DNA of 64,000 nt from Actinomycetota bacterium (GTDB lineage: Bacteria; Actinomycetota; Coriobacteriia; Anaerosomatales; SLCP01), in NCBI GenBank assembly GCA_037446725.1, contig JBBIIC010000010.1, forward strand, positions 1,114-65,113. The letters are read 5' to 3'. Below are positions 26,710 to 35,458 of this stretch, one piece after another. The first letter of the stretch is position 1. Each line of letters opens with the position of its first letter. A program made the translations under genes and the position numbers. The notes under the pieces were generated by a model. That model saw only the letters and a program-made list of their open reading frames with translations. It searched no databases and had not been told where the DNA came from.

Positions 26710-27719
26710 CAGCTCACACCCCCCGGCGCCGCGAGCTTGACGACCACGCCGACGAGCATGATCCAGGCAAGCGAGATCGGGATGAGCCACTTCCAGCCGA
26801 GGTTCATGAGCTGGTCGATGCGCACGCGCGGCAGCGTGCCGCGGATCCACATGAGCACGAAGATCCCGATGTAGGTCTTGAGCACGAAGATGACCGGCGC
26901 TATGGGGGCGACGAGCAATTCGGGCACGAACGGGAGCGTCCAGCCGCCGAAGAACAGCGTCACCGCAAGCGCGCTGATGACGAACGAGTTGCTGAACTCC
27001 GAGAGGAAGATCAACCCGAACTTCATCGACGAGTACTCGGTCGCGAATCCCGCGACGAGCTCGGACTCGGCCTCGGACATGTCGAACGGCGTCTGGTTCA
27101 GCTCGCAGAGCGCCGCGATCAGGAAGATCACGAACGACGGCAGCAGCAAGATGATGAACCAGCGCGGAATGAACCCGAGCCACACACCCGTTTGGAAGGC
27201 GACGATCTCGGCGAGATCGAGCGAGCCGACGATCATGACGACCGGCAGCACCGAGAGCAGCAGCGGCACCTCGTAGGCGACCTGCTGGGCGGCGGCGCGC
27301 AGGCCACCGATGAGCGAGTACTTGTTGGCCGAGGCCCATCCCGCCATGATCACGCCGAGCGGTACGAGCGAGAGCACCGCGAAGGTGTAGAGCAGCCCCG
27401 TCTCCAGCCGCGTGATGCGCAACGTCTCCGAGAAGGGGATCGCCGCGTAGGCCATGAGCGACGGGATGAAGACGATGACCGGCGCGAGTACGTACATCCA
27501 GCGGTCCACGCCGTTCGGGGTCACGTCCTCCTTGGACAGCAGCTTGAGCACGTCGGCGGTGGTCTGCACGAGGCCCTTGGGCCCCACGTGGACCGGACCG
27601 AGGCGCAGGTGGAGGTGGCCGAGCACCTTGCGCAGCATGTAGATGAGAACCACGCCGTTGACCAGCATCAGCCCGAGCGCCGCGAGCACCGGGAGAAGGG
27701 CTGACAGCACGGCGCTCAC
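26709..27719 (-). CDS. nuoH: NADH-quinone oxidoreductase subunit H
   Basis: 336 aa polytopic protein (RKVLGHLHLRLGPVHVGPKGLVQ...). 4-nt overlap with the nuoD stop. Confidence 0.93.
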   Translation of the reverse strand: MSAVLSALLPVLAALGLMLVNGVVLIYMLRKVLGHLHLRLGPVHVGPKGLVQTTADVLKLLSKEDVTPNGVDRWMYVLAPVIVFIPSLMAYAAIPFSETLRITRLETGLLYTFAVLSLVPLGVIMAGWASANKYSLIGGLRAAAQQVAYEVPLLLSVLPVVMIVGSLDLAEIVAFQTGVWLGFIPRWFIILLLPSFVIFLIAALCELNQTPFDMSEAESELVAGFATEYSSMKFGLIFLSEFSNSFVISALAVTLFFGGWTLPFVPELLVAPIAPVIFVLKTYIGIFVLMWIRGTLPRVRIDQLMNLGWKWLIPISLAWIMLVGVVVKLAAPGGVS

Positions 27720-28921
27720 CGGTCGATCTCCCCGAGAACGATGTCCACGCTGCCGATCAGCATGATGGCGTCGGCGAGCAGGTGGCCCGGCAGGATCTCC
27801 TCGAGCACCTGCATCGCGAAGAGCGACGGGCCCCGGTAGCGGAAGCGGTACGGTGTGTCCGAGCCGCTCGAGACCAGGTGCACGCCTAGCTCACCCCGCG
27901 GGGACTCGACGCACGCGTACGACTCGCCGGCGGGCGGCCGGAGGACCTTGGGTACCTTGGCCATCACATCGCCCTCAGGGAGACCGTCGATGCACTGCCG
28001 CACCATGCGCACGGCCTGCCGCATCTCCTCCATGCGCACGAGATAGCGGTCCCAAGCGTCCCCGGTCGAGCCGAGGGGCACGTCGAACTCGAGTTCGCCG
28101 TAGGCCGCGTAGGGCTTGTCGCGCCGCACGTCGTAGGGCACGCCCGTGCATCTCAGGTTCGCGCCGGTCAGCCCGAACGAGAGCGCGGTCGTTCTGTCCA
28201 GCACGCCGACCCCGCGCACGCGCCTCTGGAAGATCTCGTTGCCGCCGAGCAGGGCGTGGTGCTCGTCCAGGTAGCCGTCGATGGTCCGAAGGAACATGCG
28301 GAGCTTCTGCTCGGCATCCGCGGGCAGGTCCGCCACGACACCGCCGGGCCGCACGTAGTTGAACATCATGCGCTGGCCCGAGACCGCTTCGAGGATGTCG
28401 AGGAGCGCCTCACGATCGCGCACCGCGTAGAGGAACTGCCCCATCGCGCCGCAGTCCAGGCCGAACGTCCCGAACCAGACGAGGTGGCTCGCGATGCGGT
28501 TGATCTCGCTCATCATGCTACGCAACCACTGGGCCTTCGGCGGCACCTCGACCTCGAGAAGCTGTTCGGTGGCGAGTGCGACGGCAAGCTCTCCGTGGAT
28601 GCCCGAGACGTAGTCGCCCCGGTCCATGAGCGTGCCGAGCTGGTGGTAGCGCCGGTGCTCGCCGAGCTTCTCGATGCCGCGGTGCAGGTAGCCGACGGCG
28701 ACCTCGGCGTTCACGATCTCCTCGCCGTCGAGTTCCGCGACGAGGCGCAGCACGCCGTGGGTCGAGGGGTGCTGCGGGCCGATGTTGACGACGAGATGCT
28801 CGGTGGCAAGCCCATCCACTCCGCGGGGAATGCGCCTGATGCCTGTCGGCGCCCTGCCCGTGTCGTAGGTCCCCTCGGCCTGCAGCCCGTGGGCAAGGAC
28901 GGTGTCGCGCGGATCGGTCAC
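27716..28921 (-). CDS. nuoD: NADH-quinone oxidoreductase subunit D
   Basis: 401 aa (NIGPQHPSTHGVLRL, YLHRGIEK; ends IVLGEIDR). Followed directly by nuoH with no nuoEFG between them. Confidence 0.95.
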   Translation of the reverse strand: MTDPRDTVLAHGLQAEGTYDTGRAPTGIRRIPRGVDGLATEHLVVNIGPQHPSTHGVLRLVAELDGEEIVNAEVAVGYLHRGIEKLGEHRRYHQLGTLMDRGDYVSGIHGELAVALATEQLLEVEVPPKAQWLRSMMSEINRIASHLVWFGTFGLDCGAMGQFLYAVRDREALLDILEAVSGQRMMFNYVRPGGVVADLPADAEQKLRMFLRTIDGYLDEHHALLGGNEIFQRRVRGVGVLDRTTALSFGLTGANLRCTGVPYDVRRDKPYAAYGELEFDVPLGSTGDAWDRYLVRMEEMRQAVRMVRQCIDGLPEGDVMAKVPKVLRPPAGESYACVESPRGELGVHLVSSGSDTPYRFRYRGPSLFAMQVLEEILPGHLLADAIMLIGSVDIVLGEIDR

Positions 28922-29373
28922 CGGTCGCGCACCTCCTCGAGCGTGCGGACCGGCACCGACTTGCGCAGGAACGGCTCGCTGTCCTCAGCGGTCAGTAGGC
29001 GAGCCGGGTTCGGGTGGCCGGCGAGCGTCAGTCCGAAGAGCTCGGCGGTCTCGCGCTCGGGCAACAGCGCTGACGCGTAGACGTTCCATACCGAGTGCAG
29101 CACGGAGTCGTAGGGCAGTGCGCACTTGACGTAGAGCTCCTCATCGCGGGAGAGCGAGCGGAGGTGGTAAGTGATCTCGATGTCCTCGCCGGTGTCGGTG
29201 CCGAGCAGGTCGACGAGCATCACGAAGTCAAGTGCGCTCGCCTTGAGCGCTGCGAGCGCCACGGGCGCGTCGCCCGCCGACACGCGCGCGACGACGCCAA
29301 GGGTCACGGTGGACACCTCGGCGTCGGTCACGCCTGAAAGCGCCGCTCTAACGACGGTCACGTCGGGCAGCAT
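28918..29373 (-). CDS. nuoC: NADH-quinone oxidoreductase subunit C (30-kDa subunit, short form)
   Basis: Track ORF 28918..29541 trimmed to the ATG at 29373 ([12 protein letters not shown]...; 151 aa). [22 protein letters not shown] motif. The exact start is uncertain (it overlaps the nuoB 3' end). Confidence 0.85.
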   Translation of the reverse strand: MLPDVTVVRAALSGVTDAEVSTVTLGVVARVSAGDAPVALAALKASALDFVMLVDLLGTDTGEDIEITYHLRSLSRDEELYVKCALPYDSVLHSVWNVYASALLPERETAELFGLTLAGHPNPARLLTAEDSEPFLRKSVPVRTLEEVRDR

Positions 29374-29851
29374 TGCGCTCCTCGGTCTGTCGCTTGATCT
29401 TCTCCTGCAGCTGGATGAAGCCGTACTGCACCGACTCGGGGCGCGGCGGGCATCCGGGGATGTAGACATCGACGGGTACGATCTTGTCAACGCCGAGCAC
29501 CACGTTGGGGTACTCGCGGAACGGTCCGCCGGTGCACGCACACGCCCCCATCGCCACGACCCACTTTGGCTCGGGCATCTGGTCGTAGAGGAGGCGTACC
29601 GTCTCTGCCATCTTGCGGTTGACGGTTCCGGCCACGATCATCACGTCGGCCTGGCGCGGGGAGGCGCGGAAGAACACGCCCATGCGGTCGAAGTCGAAGC
29701 GCGGACCACTCGCGTGCATCAGACCCTCGATCGCGCAGCACGCGATGCCGAACGCGAGGTACCACAGTGAGTTGCGCCGCGCCCAGTCGAAGAGCTGCTC
29801 GCTCCTGATGAACGCGACCGAATGTTCGCCCGTCAGCTTGTCTAGCGCCAA
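29348..29851 (-). CDS. nuoB: NADH-quinone oxidoreductase subunit B (N2 cluster)
   Basis: Track ORF 29348..30265 trimmed to the TTG at 29851 ((M)ALDKLTGEH..., AGGAGG upstream). [31 protein letters not shown] and IPGCPPRPE motifs. Confidence 0.92.
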   Translation of the reverse strand: MALDKLTGEHSVAFIRSEQLFDWARRNSLWYLAFGIACCAIEGLMHASGPRFDFDRMGVFFRASPRQADVMIVAGTVNRKMAETVRLLYDQMPEPKWVVAMGACACTGGPFREYPNVVLGVDKIVPVDVYIPGCPPRPESVQYGFIQLQEKIKRQTEERNAARRDRR

Positions 29852-30198
29852 GTGAGCGCCCCCTCCTTCCAGGCATAGAGCAGCCCGAGGAAGAGGATGC
29901 CGACGAACACCGCCATCTCCACCAGGATGAACGCCCCCATGCGGCCGAAGACGACTGCCCAGGGGTAGAGGAAGACCACTTCGATGTCGAAGACGACGAA
30001 GAGGAGCGCGTAGATGTAGTACCCGATTCGGAACTGGACCCATGGCGGCCCGACGGGCTCGACGCCACACTCGTAGATGCGGCCCTTCTCGAACGACGGC
30101 CGCTGGTGGCTGAGCAGGTTCGAGAGCGTCACGGTCACGGCCACGAACGCCACGCCGAACAGCACGAATGTGCCGAGTATGACGTAGTCGGAAGGCAT
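29842..30198 (-). CDS. nuoA: NADH-quinone oxidoreductase subunit A
   Basis: Track ORF 29842..30231. I prefer the ATG at 30198 ([19 protein letters not shown]...; 118 aa, 3 TM; YECG motif). Confidence 0.9.
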   Translation of the reverse strand: MPSDYVILGTFVLFGVAFVAVTVTLSNLLSHQRPSFEKGRIYECGVEPVGPPWVQFRIGYYIYALLFVVFDIEVVFLYPWAVVFGRMGAFILVEMAVFVGILFLGLLYAWKEGALTWR

Positions 30199-30313
30199 GA
30201 CCGATGCGACCGCCCCTCTGCCCCGACACATGCGTGCCCGAGGCGTCGAACCAAGGATACGACAACGCCCGTCAGTCGACGAATCGCGTCGGCTCGGGCG
30301 TCAGGTTCGCGAC

Positions 30314-30342
30314 AATGTAACACAGGTTACAAGCGCGCTCAA
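30314..30342 (-). promoter_or_regulatory. Candidate nuo promoter (-35 TTGAGC, 17-nt spacer, -10 TACATT) overlapped by the perfect palindrome TGTAAC-N4-GTTACA (30316-30331)
   Basis: Read on the minus strand as cTTGAGCgcgcTTGTAACctgtGTTACATTgtcg. The palindrome resembles the Rex operator TTGTGAA-N4-TTCACAA, matching 8 of 12 arm positions, with the mismatches placed symmetrically. It lies about 118 nt upstream of the nuoA ATG. Confidence 0.4.
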
Positions 30343-30352
30343 GAGGAAATGC

Positions 30353-30378
30353 GAGGGCGGCGCCGCAGCACCGCCCTC
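30353..30378 (-). terminator. Intrinsic terminator downstream of tRNA-Thr
   Basis: Minus strand: GAGGGCGGTG-ctgcgg-CGCCGCCCTC (10-bp stem with one G-U pair) followed by gcaTTTccTcTTg. It starts 12 nt after the tRNA 3' end. Confidence 0.6.
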
Positions 30379-30389
30379 GATGAGTCCCA

Positions 30390-30465
30390 TGGAGCCGACG
30401 AGGGGACTCGAACCCCTGACCTACGCATTACGAGTGCGTTGCTCTACCAGCTGAGCTACGTCGGC
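30390..30465 (-). tRNA. tRNA-Thr (anticodon CGT), CCA encoded
   Basis: Minus strand: GCCGACG TA GCTC AGCTGGTA GAGC A ACGCA CT-CGT-AA TGCGT AGGTC AGGGG TTCGAGT CCCCT CGTCGGC T CCA. This is a complete cloverleaf read by eye. Confidence 0.92.
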
Positions 30466-30480
30466 ATCTGTTCCGCGGCC

Positions 30481-31629
30481 TCAAGCCCCGGTGCTGTCAC
30501 TCTCCTTGGGCGAAGACCGCCGCCTGCGCCTGCGCCTGCCGGACGACCCTGTCCCGTCGCCTTGCGCCTGTGCGCCCTCGGCGCGGGGCGCCTCGGCCTT
30601 GGGAGCCCCCCGGCCCCCGGCTGTGGCCTGCGAGCCTCCTTGCTGCGCGGCGGGCTGCTTGCTCTTGCTCTTCCTGCGCGAGCGGCGCTTACCGGCGCCA
30701 CCGTCCTCGTCCTCCGGGCTCCGCGGCCCGGACTCACCGAGCTCGGGCACGGGGCTCGCCAGCACGCTCGGGGCCGCCTCGGTCTTGACCGATTCGAGCG
30801 CCTCGGCCGACACGCAGCACGGACGCCCGCCGCCCGGACACTCCATCGCCCCGAGCGGAACGGTGATCGACCCTCCCTCCGCAAGACGGATGTCGACCGT
30901 CTCGCGCGGGGTGTTCAGCCCGCTCACCTTGCCATCACCGAGCGGCGTCTCGACCTTTGCTCCGCGCTTAGGAGCCCGCGACTTGAAGTCTTTGTAGGCA
31001 TCGTATTCGTAGCGCAGACAGCACATGAGTCTTCCACACAGACCGCTGATTTTCAAGGGATTGAGTGGCAGGTCCTGCTCTTTCGCCATACGGATCGAAA
31101 CCGGCTGGAAATCGCCGGAGAACCTGACGCAGCATAGCTGCTGACCGCAGTGCCCGAGGCCCCCGACCATGCGCGCCTCGTCGCGTACACCCACCTGCCG
31201 CATGTCGATGCGGACCTTGAACCGCGAGGCGAGCTCCCGCACGAGTTCGCGGAAGTCCACGCGCTCCTCGGCGACGAAGTAAAAGACCATCTTGTCGCCG
31301 CCGAACAGGTACTCGACGTCGACCGGCTTCATGTCGAGCTTGTGCTCCTCGATGAGCTCGCGGTAGGCGCGCATCGCCACGCGCTCTTTCTTCGCGAGCT
31401 CGGCGGCGTGCTCGAGGTCCTCGTCGGTCGCGATGCGATCGACGGGCTTGGGTGGCGCGGGTAGTGCGGATTCCTCCACCTCAAACGGCACGTCAACCAC
31501 CTGTCCGAGCTCTGTCCCGCGTTCTGTCTGCACGACGACGGCCTGGCCGGGCACCGGTTCGGTGCCGGCCGGATCGAAGAAGAGCACCTTGGGTGCTGAT
31601 CGGAGCTTGACTCCCACTACCGTGGGCAC
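30481..31629 (-). CDS. PSP1 domain protein (YaaT/RicT-like) with long basic low-complexity C-terminal tail
   Basis: 382 aa. MPTVVGVKLRSAPKVLFFDP..., conserved PSP1 region (DMRQVGVRDEARMVGGLGHCGQQLCC). The tail is rich in R/K/G/A/Q. GTG start overlaps the holB 3' end by 13 nt. Confidence 0.85.
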   Translation of the reverse strand: MPTVVGVKLRSAPKVLFFDPAGTEPVPGQAVVVQTERGTELGQVVDVPFEVEESALPAPPKPVDRIATDEDLEHAAELAKKERVAMRAYRELIEEHKLDMKPVDVEYLFGGDKMVFYFVAEERVDFRELVRELASRFKVRIDMRQVGVRDEARMVGGLGHCGQQLCCVRFSGDFQPVSIRMAKEQDLPLNPLKISGLCGRLMCCLRYEYDAYKDFKSRAPKRGAKVETPLGDGKVSGLNTPRETVDIRLAEGGSITVPLGAMECPGGGRPCCVSAEALESVKTEAAPSVLASPVPELGESGPRSPEDEDGGAGKRRSRRKSKSKQPAAQQGGSQATAGGRGAPKAEAPRAEGAQAQGDGTGSSGRRRRRRRSSPKESDSTGA

Positions 31630-32744
31630 TGTAGGACCTCCCGGATATCGAAGAGCATGGCCTCGACGGCCAGCTGGGGGCTCACATTATACGAGATGCG
31701 GCGGCGCGCCTCTTTGACCGACGCGAGTGCGCGGGCAGCTGCCGCGGGCGTGATGACCGCGGCGACCTCCTCCATGGCATCGGCCTCGTCGCGGTTGGCG
31801 ATGAGGTCTGAGGCGCCCTGCGACATCACGAGACAGTCGCGAAGCCAGGACTCAGCGATGTTGAGAACCTCTGCCACGCCTTCTCGTTCCCTCGCCGTGA
31901 GCTGCCGCTTCTGCCGGTCCTCGAGCGCTTTCAGTCCCTTGCTGCCGAGGAACTCGGCGCGGGCCCGTGCCTCCTCGGCGTGCGCGGTCTTCAGCTCGTC
32001 GAGCGGCGCCTTCGCCGCCGCAAGCAGCCTCTTGGCCGACTGGAGCACGTCGTGCTCGTCATAGACCGCGAGGTCCTTCAGGGTCGAGAGCATGCGGTCG
32101 CGCGCGGCCCGGCGCTGCGGGGAGTCGAGGAACTCGCCGGCTCGCGCGAGGACGCCGCCGGTCGCAGCGAGTGCCGCGAGTGCTTCGGCCTCTCCCGCAC
32201 CGGTCCGCTCCATCAGCAGCGCGAGGGCGTCGTGAGGCGCCATGCGCCGGAAGCGCACGATCTGGCAGCGCGAGGCGATGGTGGGCGGGACCGCGTCGTA
32301 GGTGGTCGCGAGCAGCACGATGATGACGTCGTCCGGGGGCTCCTCGAGCGTCTTGAGGAAGGCGTTTGCCGAGCCGTCGTTGAACGAGTCGGCCGCGTCC
32401 ACTATGAAGATCTGGTGCGCGGCTTCGACCGGAGAGAGGTGCACGTCGTGGATGATCTCCCGAATCTGCTCGACCATGTACGTCGCCGCGCCCTCCGGCG
32501 CGATGGTGCGGACGTCCGGGTGGGCGCCGCGCTTGACGCGCTTGCAAGTCGGGCAGACGCCGCAGGCGTCGTCGTCGCAGAGCACGGCGCAGGCGAGCGC
32601 GCGGGCGGCCGTCTTCTTGCCGGCACCGGCCGGGCCGACGAACAGATAGGCGTGCGAAACGACGCCTCGGCGCACAGCCTCGGCGAGGTGATCGGTCACC
32701 TGGCGCTGACCGACGAGCTCGTCCCACACGCACGCCTTCGTCAT
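31617..32744 (-). CDS. holB: DNA polymerase III subunit delta'
   Basis: Track ORF 31617..32798 trimmed to the ATG at 32744 (MTKACVWDELVGQRQV...). AYLFVGPAGAGKKTAA P-loop, Zn module CDDDACGVCPTCKR, and SRCQ sensor motif. Confidence 0.9.
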   Translation of the reverse strand: MTKACVWDELVGQRQVTDHLAEAVRRGVVSHAYLFVGPAGAGKKTAARALACAVLCDDDACGVCPTCKRVKRGAHPDVRTIAPEGAATYMVEQIREIIHDVHLSPVEAAHQIFIVDAADSFNDGSANAFLKTLEEPPDDVIIVLLATTYDAVPPTIASRCQIVRFRRMAPHDALALLMERTGAGEAEALAALAATGGVLARAGEFLDSPQRRAARDRMLSTLKDLAVYDEHDVLQSAKRLLAAAKAPLDELKTAHAEEARARAEFLGSKGLKALEDRQKRQLTAREREGVAEVLNIAESWLRDCLVMSQGASDLIANRDEADAMEEVAAVITPAAAARALASVKEARRRISYNVSPQLAVEAMLFDIREVLQCPR

Positions 32745-32751
32745 AGCCGCG

Positions 32752-33390
32752 CTAGTGTAGCACGGTGCCGAGGACCGGTAGCTTGCGGGCCGCAGCAAGC
32801 ACGCGCGCGAACACCTCGTCGGGCGAGCCGTGTGCGGGGACGACCACTACGCGCGCCGGCTCGTCGGCCGCGATGCGCAAGAAGCCCTGCCTGACGCGCT
32901 CGTGGAAGCTGAGCGCCTCCGACTCGAGGCGGTCCGCGCCGGCGCCGGTCGCCCGCGACAGGCCCTCGGCCGGATCGAGATCCAGCACAATGGTGAGGTC
33001 GGGCGCGAGCCCGGACGCTGCGAAGTCGTTGAGCTTGACGACCTGGTCGAGCGGCAACTCGCGACCGTAGCCCTGGTAGGCGGTCGTCGAATCGTAGTAG
33101 CGGTCGCACACGACAGCGCCGCCCGACGCGAGCGCGGGCAGGATGACGCAGCTCGTGAGCTCGGCCCGGGCGGCCTCGTAGAGCAGCAGCTCTGCGCGCG
33201 GGTCAAGCCCGTCGTGCGCTCGGTCGAGCACGACCTCTCGCACCGCCTCGCCGAGCCGGGTGCCTCCCGGCTCGCGCACCTCGGTGACCGAGAGCCCCGC
33301 ATCGCGCAGCGCGGCCGCCAGCCGTGCGGACTGGGTGGACTTGCCTGTTCCCTCGCACCCCTCGACCGTTACGAACACACCCCGTACCAT
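32752..33390 (-). CDS. tmk: Thymidylate kinase
   Basis: 212 aa. FVTVEGCEGTGKSTQ P-loop and DRYYDST. TGATG overlap with the upstream stop. Confidence 0.93.
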   Translation of the reverse strand: MVRGVFVTVEGCEGTGKSTQSARLAAALRDAGLSVTEVREPGGTRLGEAVREVVLDRAHDGLDPRAELLLYEAARAELTSCVILPALASGGAVVCDRYYDSTTAYQGYGRELPLDQVVKLNDFAASGLAPDLTIVLDLDPAEGLSRATGAGADRLESEALSFHERVRQGFLRIAADEPARVVVVPAHGSPDEVFARVLAAARKLPVLGTVLH

Positions 33391-33998
33391 CAGGCCTCAC
33401 TCTCATCCGCACCCGCCGCGCCGCGCCACTCGAGCGCCGCGGTCAGGTACAGGTCGTCTCCGCGGGCGTCGATGGCGACGAACGCAGGGAACCGGTCGAG
33501 CTCGAGACGCGCGAGCGCCTCGGTGCCGAGCTCGGGATAGCCCACCGTCTCGGCGGCGCGCACATGCGTGGCGAGCAGCGCCGCCACACCGCCCACCGCG
33601 GCGAAGTACACCGCTCCGTACTCGGCGCATGCACGGCGGACCTCCTCGGAGCGGGGGCCCTTGCCGATCGTCGCCACGATACCGGCGGCCAGAAGCGTCG
33701 GCGTCGCGCCGTCCATGCGCTTGGCGGTCGTCGGGCCGACCGCACCCGCCGGCCGACCGGCGGCGGGCGGCGTCGGGCCGGCGTAGAAGAGCGTCTGGCC
33801 GGCGAGCCCGTGGGGCAGCTCGCCCGCCACGCGCAGCTCGGCAAGCAGTCGCACGTGGGTCGCGTCACGCGCGGTGTAGACCGGGCCGCTCAGCACGACC
33901 TCGTCGCCGGCTCGCAGTGCGCGAAGCGCGTCCCGGCCGACCGGCAGCGACACCTCGATCGGGGCACCGCCGCCGCGCCTCCACACCGCCTCAGCCAT
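33390..33998 (-). CDS. Class I (Fe-S) fumarate/tartrate hydro-lyase, beta subunit
   Basis: Track ORF 33390..34046 trimmed to the ATG at 33998 (MAEAVWRRGGGAPIEVSLPV...). GPVYTARDATHVRL and GPTTAKRMD motifs. 8-nt overlap with the MFS gene stop. Confidence 0.85.
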   Translation of the reverse strand: MAEAVWRRGGGAPIEVSLPVGRDALRALRAGDEVVLSGPVYTARDATHVRLLAELRVAGELPHGLAGQTLFYAGPTPPAAGRPAGAVGPTTAKRMDGATPTLLAAGIVATIGKGPRSEEVRRACAEYGAVYFAAVGGVAALLATHVRAAETVGYPELGTEALARLELDRFPAFVAIDARGDDLYLTAALEWRGAAGADESEA

Positions 33999-35457
33999 CC
34001 ACCGTCGCCTCCTCGCACGCGCGCCATTCCAGCGTCCTGAAAGCATACACCGCTGCTCCTAGGACGATGAACGACGCGGCAATGAGCGCCACCTGAAGCC
34101 CGCTGACGCCAAGCGCCCCGAGGGTCTCGGGGTAGGCCCGCTGCAGTCGCTCGACACCGCGGGCGATGACGTCACCTAAGGGCGCCATCAGCAGCATGGA
34201 GGCGAGCAGTGAGACCTTGATCACCGACTCGAGGGCGGTGAAGACCCGGCCTCGGATCTCATCTTCCACGGTCGCGACGACGTAGGTGTTGCCCGCCACC
34301 GTCACCGTGGCGATGCAGACCCCGGCGACGAGGGTAATGAGCGCCGCCACGGCATAGGAGCGCACGAGCGCGAACGCGAGCATCGCCAGGCCGAAGCCGC
34401 CCACCCCGCCGAGGAAGAGCAGTTGGAGCGTGACGCGTTCGGCGAGCCGGGGAACGACGAGTGCGCCGCCGACCATGCCGGTCGCAAGGAACACGAGCAT
34501 GAACGAGGTGGGCGCGGCGGCGAGTTGCTCGAGCCAGGGTACCTCGTCGGCGAAGGGCACGCGACCGACGAGCTGCTGCGGCACGATGACGAGCCCTATC
34601 GTGACGATCGCACCGCCCCCGAAGATCGCCATGCCTATCGTGACGAGCAGCCCGCGCAGCTCGCGGTGGTCGCGCAGGAAACGGAATGCGTCCCTGACGT
34701 CCTTGCCGATGAGCTGCGGGTCGAGCCGAACTTCCTGCCGGTGCGTGTCGGAGACGAGCCGGATGCGCGAGATGAGCGCGGCCGACACTATGAAGGTAAG
34801 CGAGTTGAGGAACACGCCCGCGCGGGGACCGAGCAGCGCCGGAGCGAGGGGGCCAACCAGCGCGTCGATGAGGGGCAGGCCGCTTTCGAGCACGATCCGG
34901 ACGATCCGCTCGAACAGCGCGAGGAGCGCGCCCGACGCGGTCAACCCCACGAGCATCGCCGCCTGCTGGGTGGTGTAGGACAGGCCGTTGGCCGCGGCGA
35001 CGTCCTCCTCGGCGACGAGGTGCGGTATGAGCGCGTTCTTGGCGGGATGGAAGAAGAGCGAGCCCACCTCCATGAGCAACACGATGAGGTAGATGAGTGC
35101 GAGCTGGTTGGTGAAAAGCAAGGTGAGCGTGAGCGCCGCTCTAGCCAGGTCGCACGCGATCATGAGCCTGCGCCGGTCGAAGCGGTCGACGAGGACCCCG
35201 GTGAGCGAGCTCAGCACAAGCGCGGGCAGGAGTTTCGCGATGAGGATGCCTGCCACGGCGAACGAAGAGCCGCCCGACAGCGACGTGACGAGCGGCATGA
35301 GCAGGCCGATGACGAGCCAGTCCCCGATGCCGCTGACGAACTGGCTCGTCCACAGGCGGCGGAAGCCGGGATTGCCGAGCAGTCGCCCGTACACCCCGCG
35401 ACGCGACTCGGGGGCGGCCGCACCGGCGGCCATACCGGGCTCGGGCGCCCGCTCCAC
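33991..35457 (-). CDS. MFS transporter
   Basis: 488 aa, about 12 TM. MFS loop motif VLVDRFDRRRLM. GTG start 1 nt after the fumarase-alpha stop (alternative ATG at 35433). Confidence 0.85.
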   Translation of the reverse strand: MERAPEPGMAAGAAAPESRRGVYGRLLGNPGFRRLWTSQFVSGIGDWLVIGLLMPLVTSLSGGSSFAVAGILIAKLLPALVLSSLTGVLVDRFDRRRLMIACDLARAALTLTLLFTNQLALIYLIVLLMEVGSLFFHPAKNALIPHLVAEEDVAAANGLSYTTQQAAMLVGLTASGALLALFERIVRIVLESGLPLIDALVGPLAPALLGPRAGVFLNSLTFIVSAALISRIRLVSDTHRQEVRLDPQLIGKDVRDAFRFLRDHRELRGLLVTIGMAIFGGGAIVTIGLVIVPQQLVGRVPFADEVPWLEQLAAAPTSFMLVFLATGMVGGALVVPRLAERVTLQLLFLGGVGGFGLAMLAFALVRSYAVAALITLVAGVCIATVTVAGNTYVVATVEDEIRGRVFTALESVIKVSLLASMLLMAPLGDVIARGVERLQRAYPETLGALGVSGLQVALIAASFIVLGAAVYAFRTLEWRACEEATVDG

Positions 35458-35458
35458 C

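Noticed and set aside
25368-30265. N-terminal extensions of the tracked nuoK, nuoJ, nuoI, nuoC, nuoB and nuoA ORFs
   Set aside because: Each extension overlaps the preceding nuo gene in another frame and is Arg-rich. Internal starts give canonical subunit lengths and stop/start overlaps (TGATG, ATGA) consistent with translational coupling.
30199-30480. tRNA-Thr as a possible genomic-island integration site
   Set aside because: I found no integrase, no direct repeat of the tRNA 3' end and no compositional break next to it. The flanking genes (PSP1/holB/tmk and nuo) are core functions.
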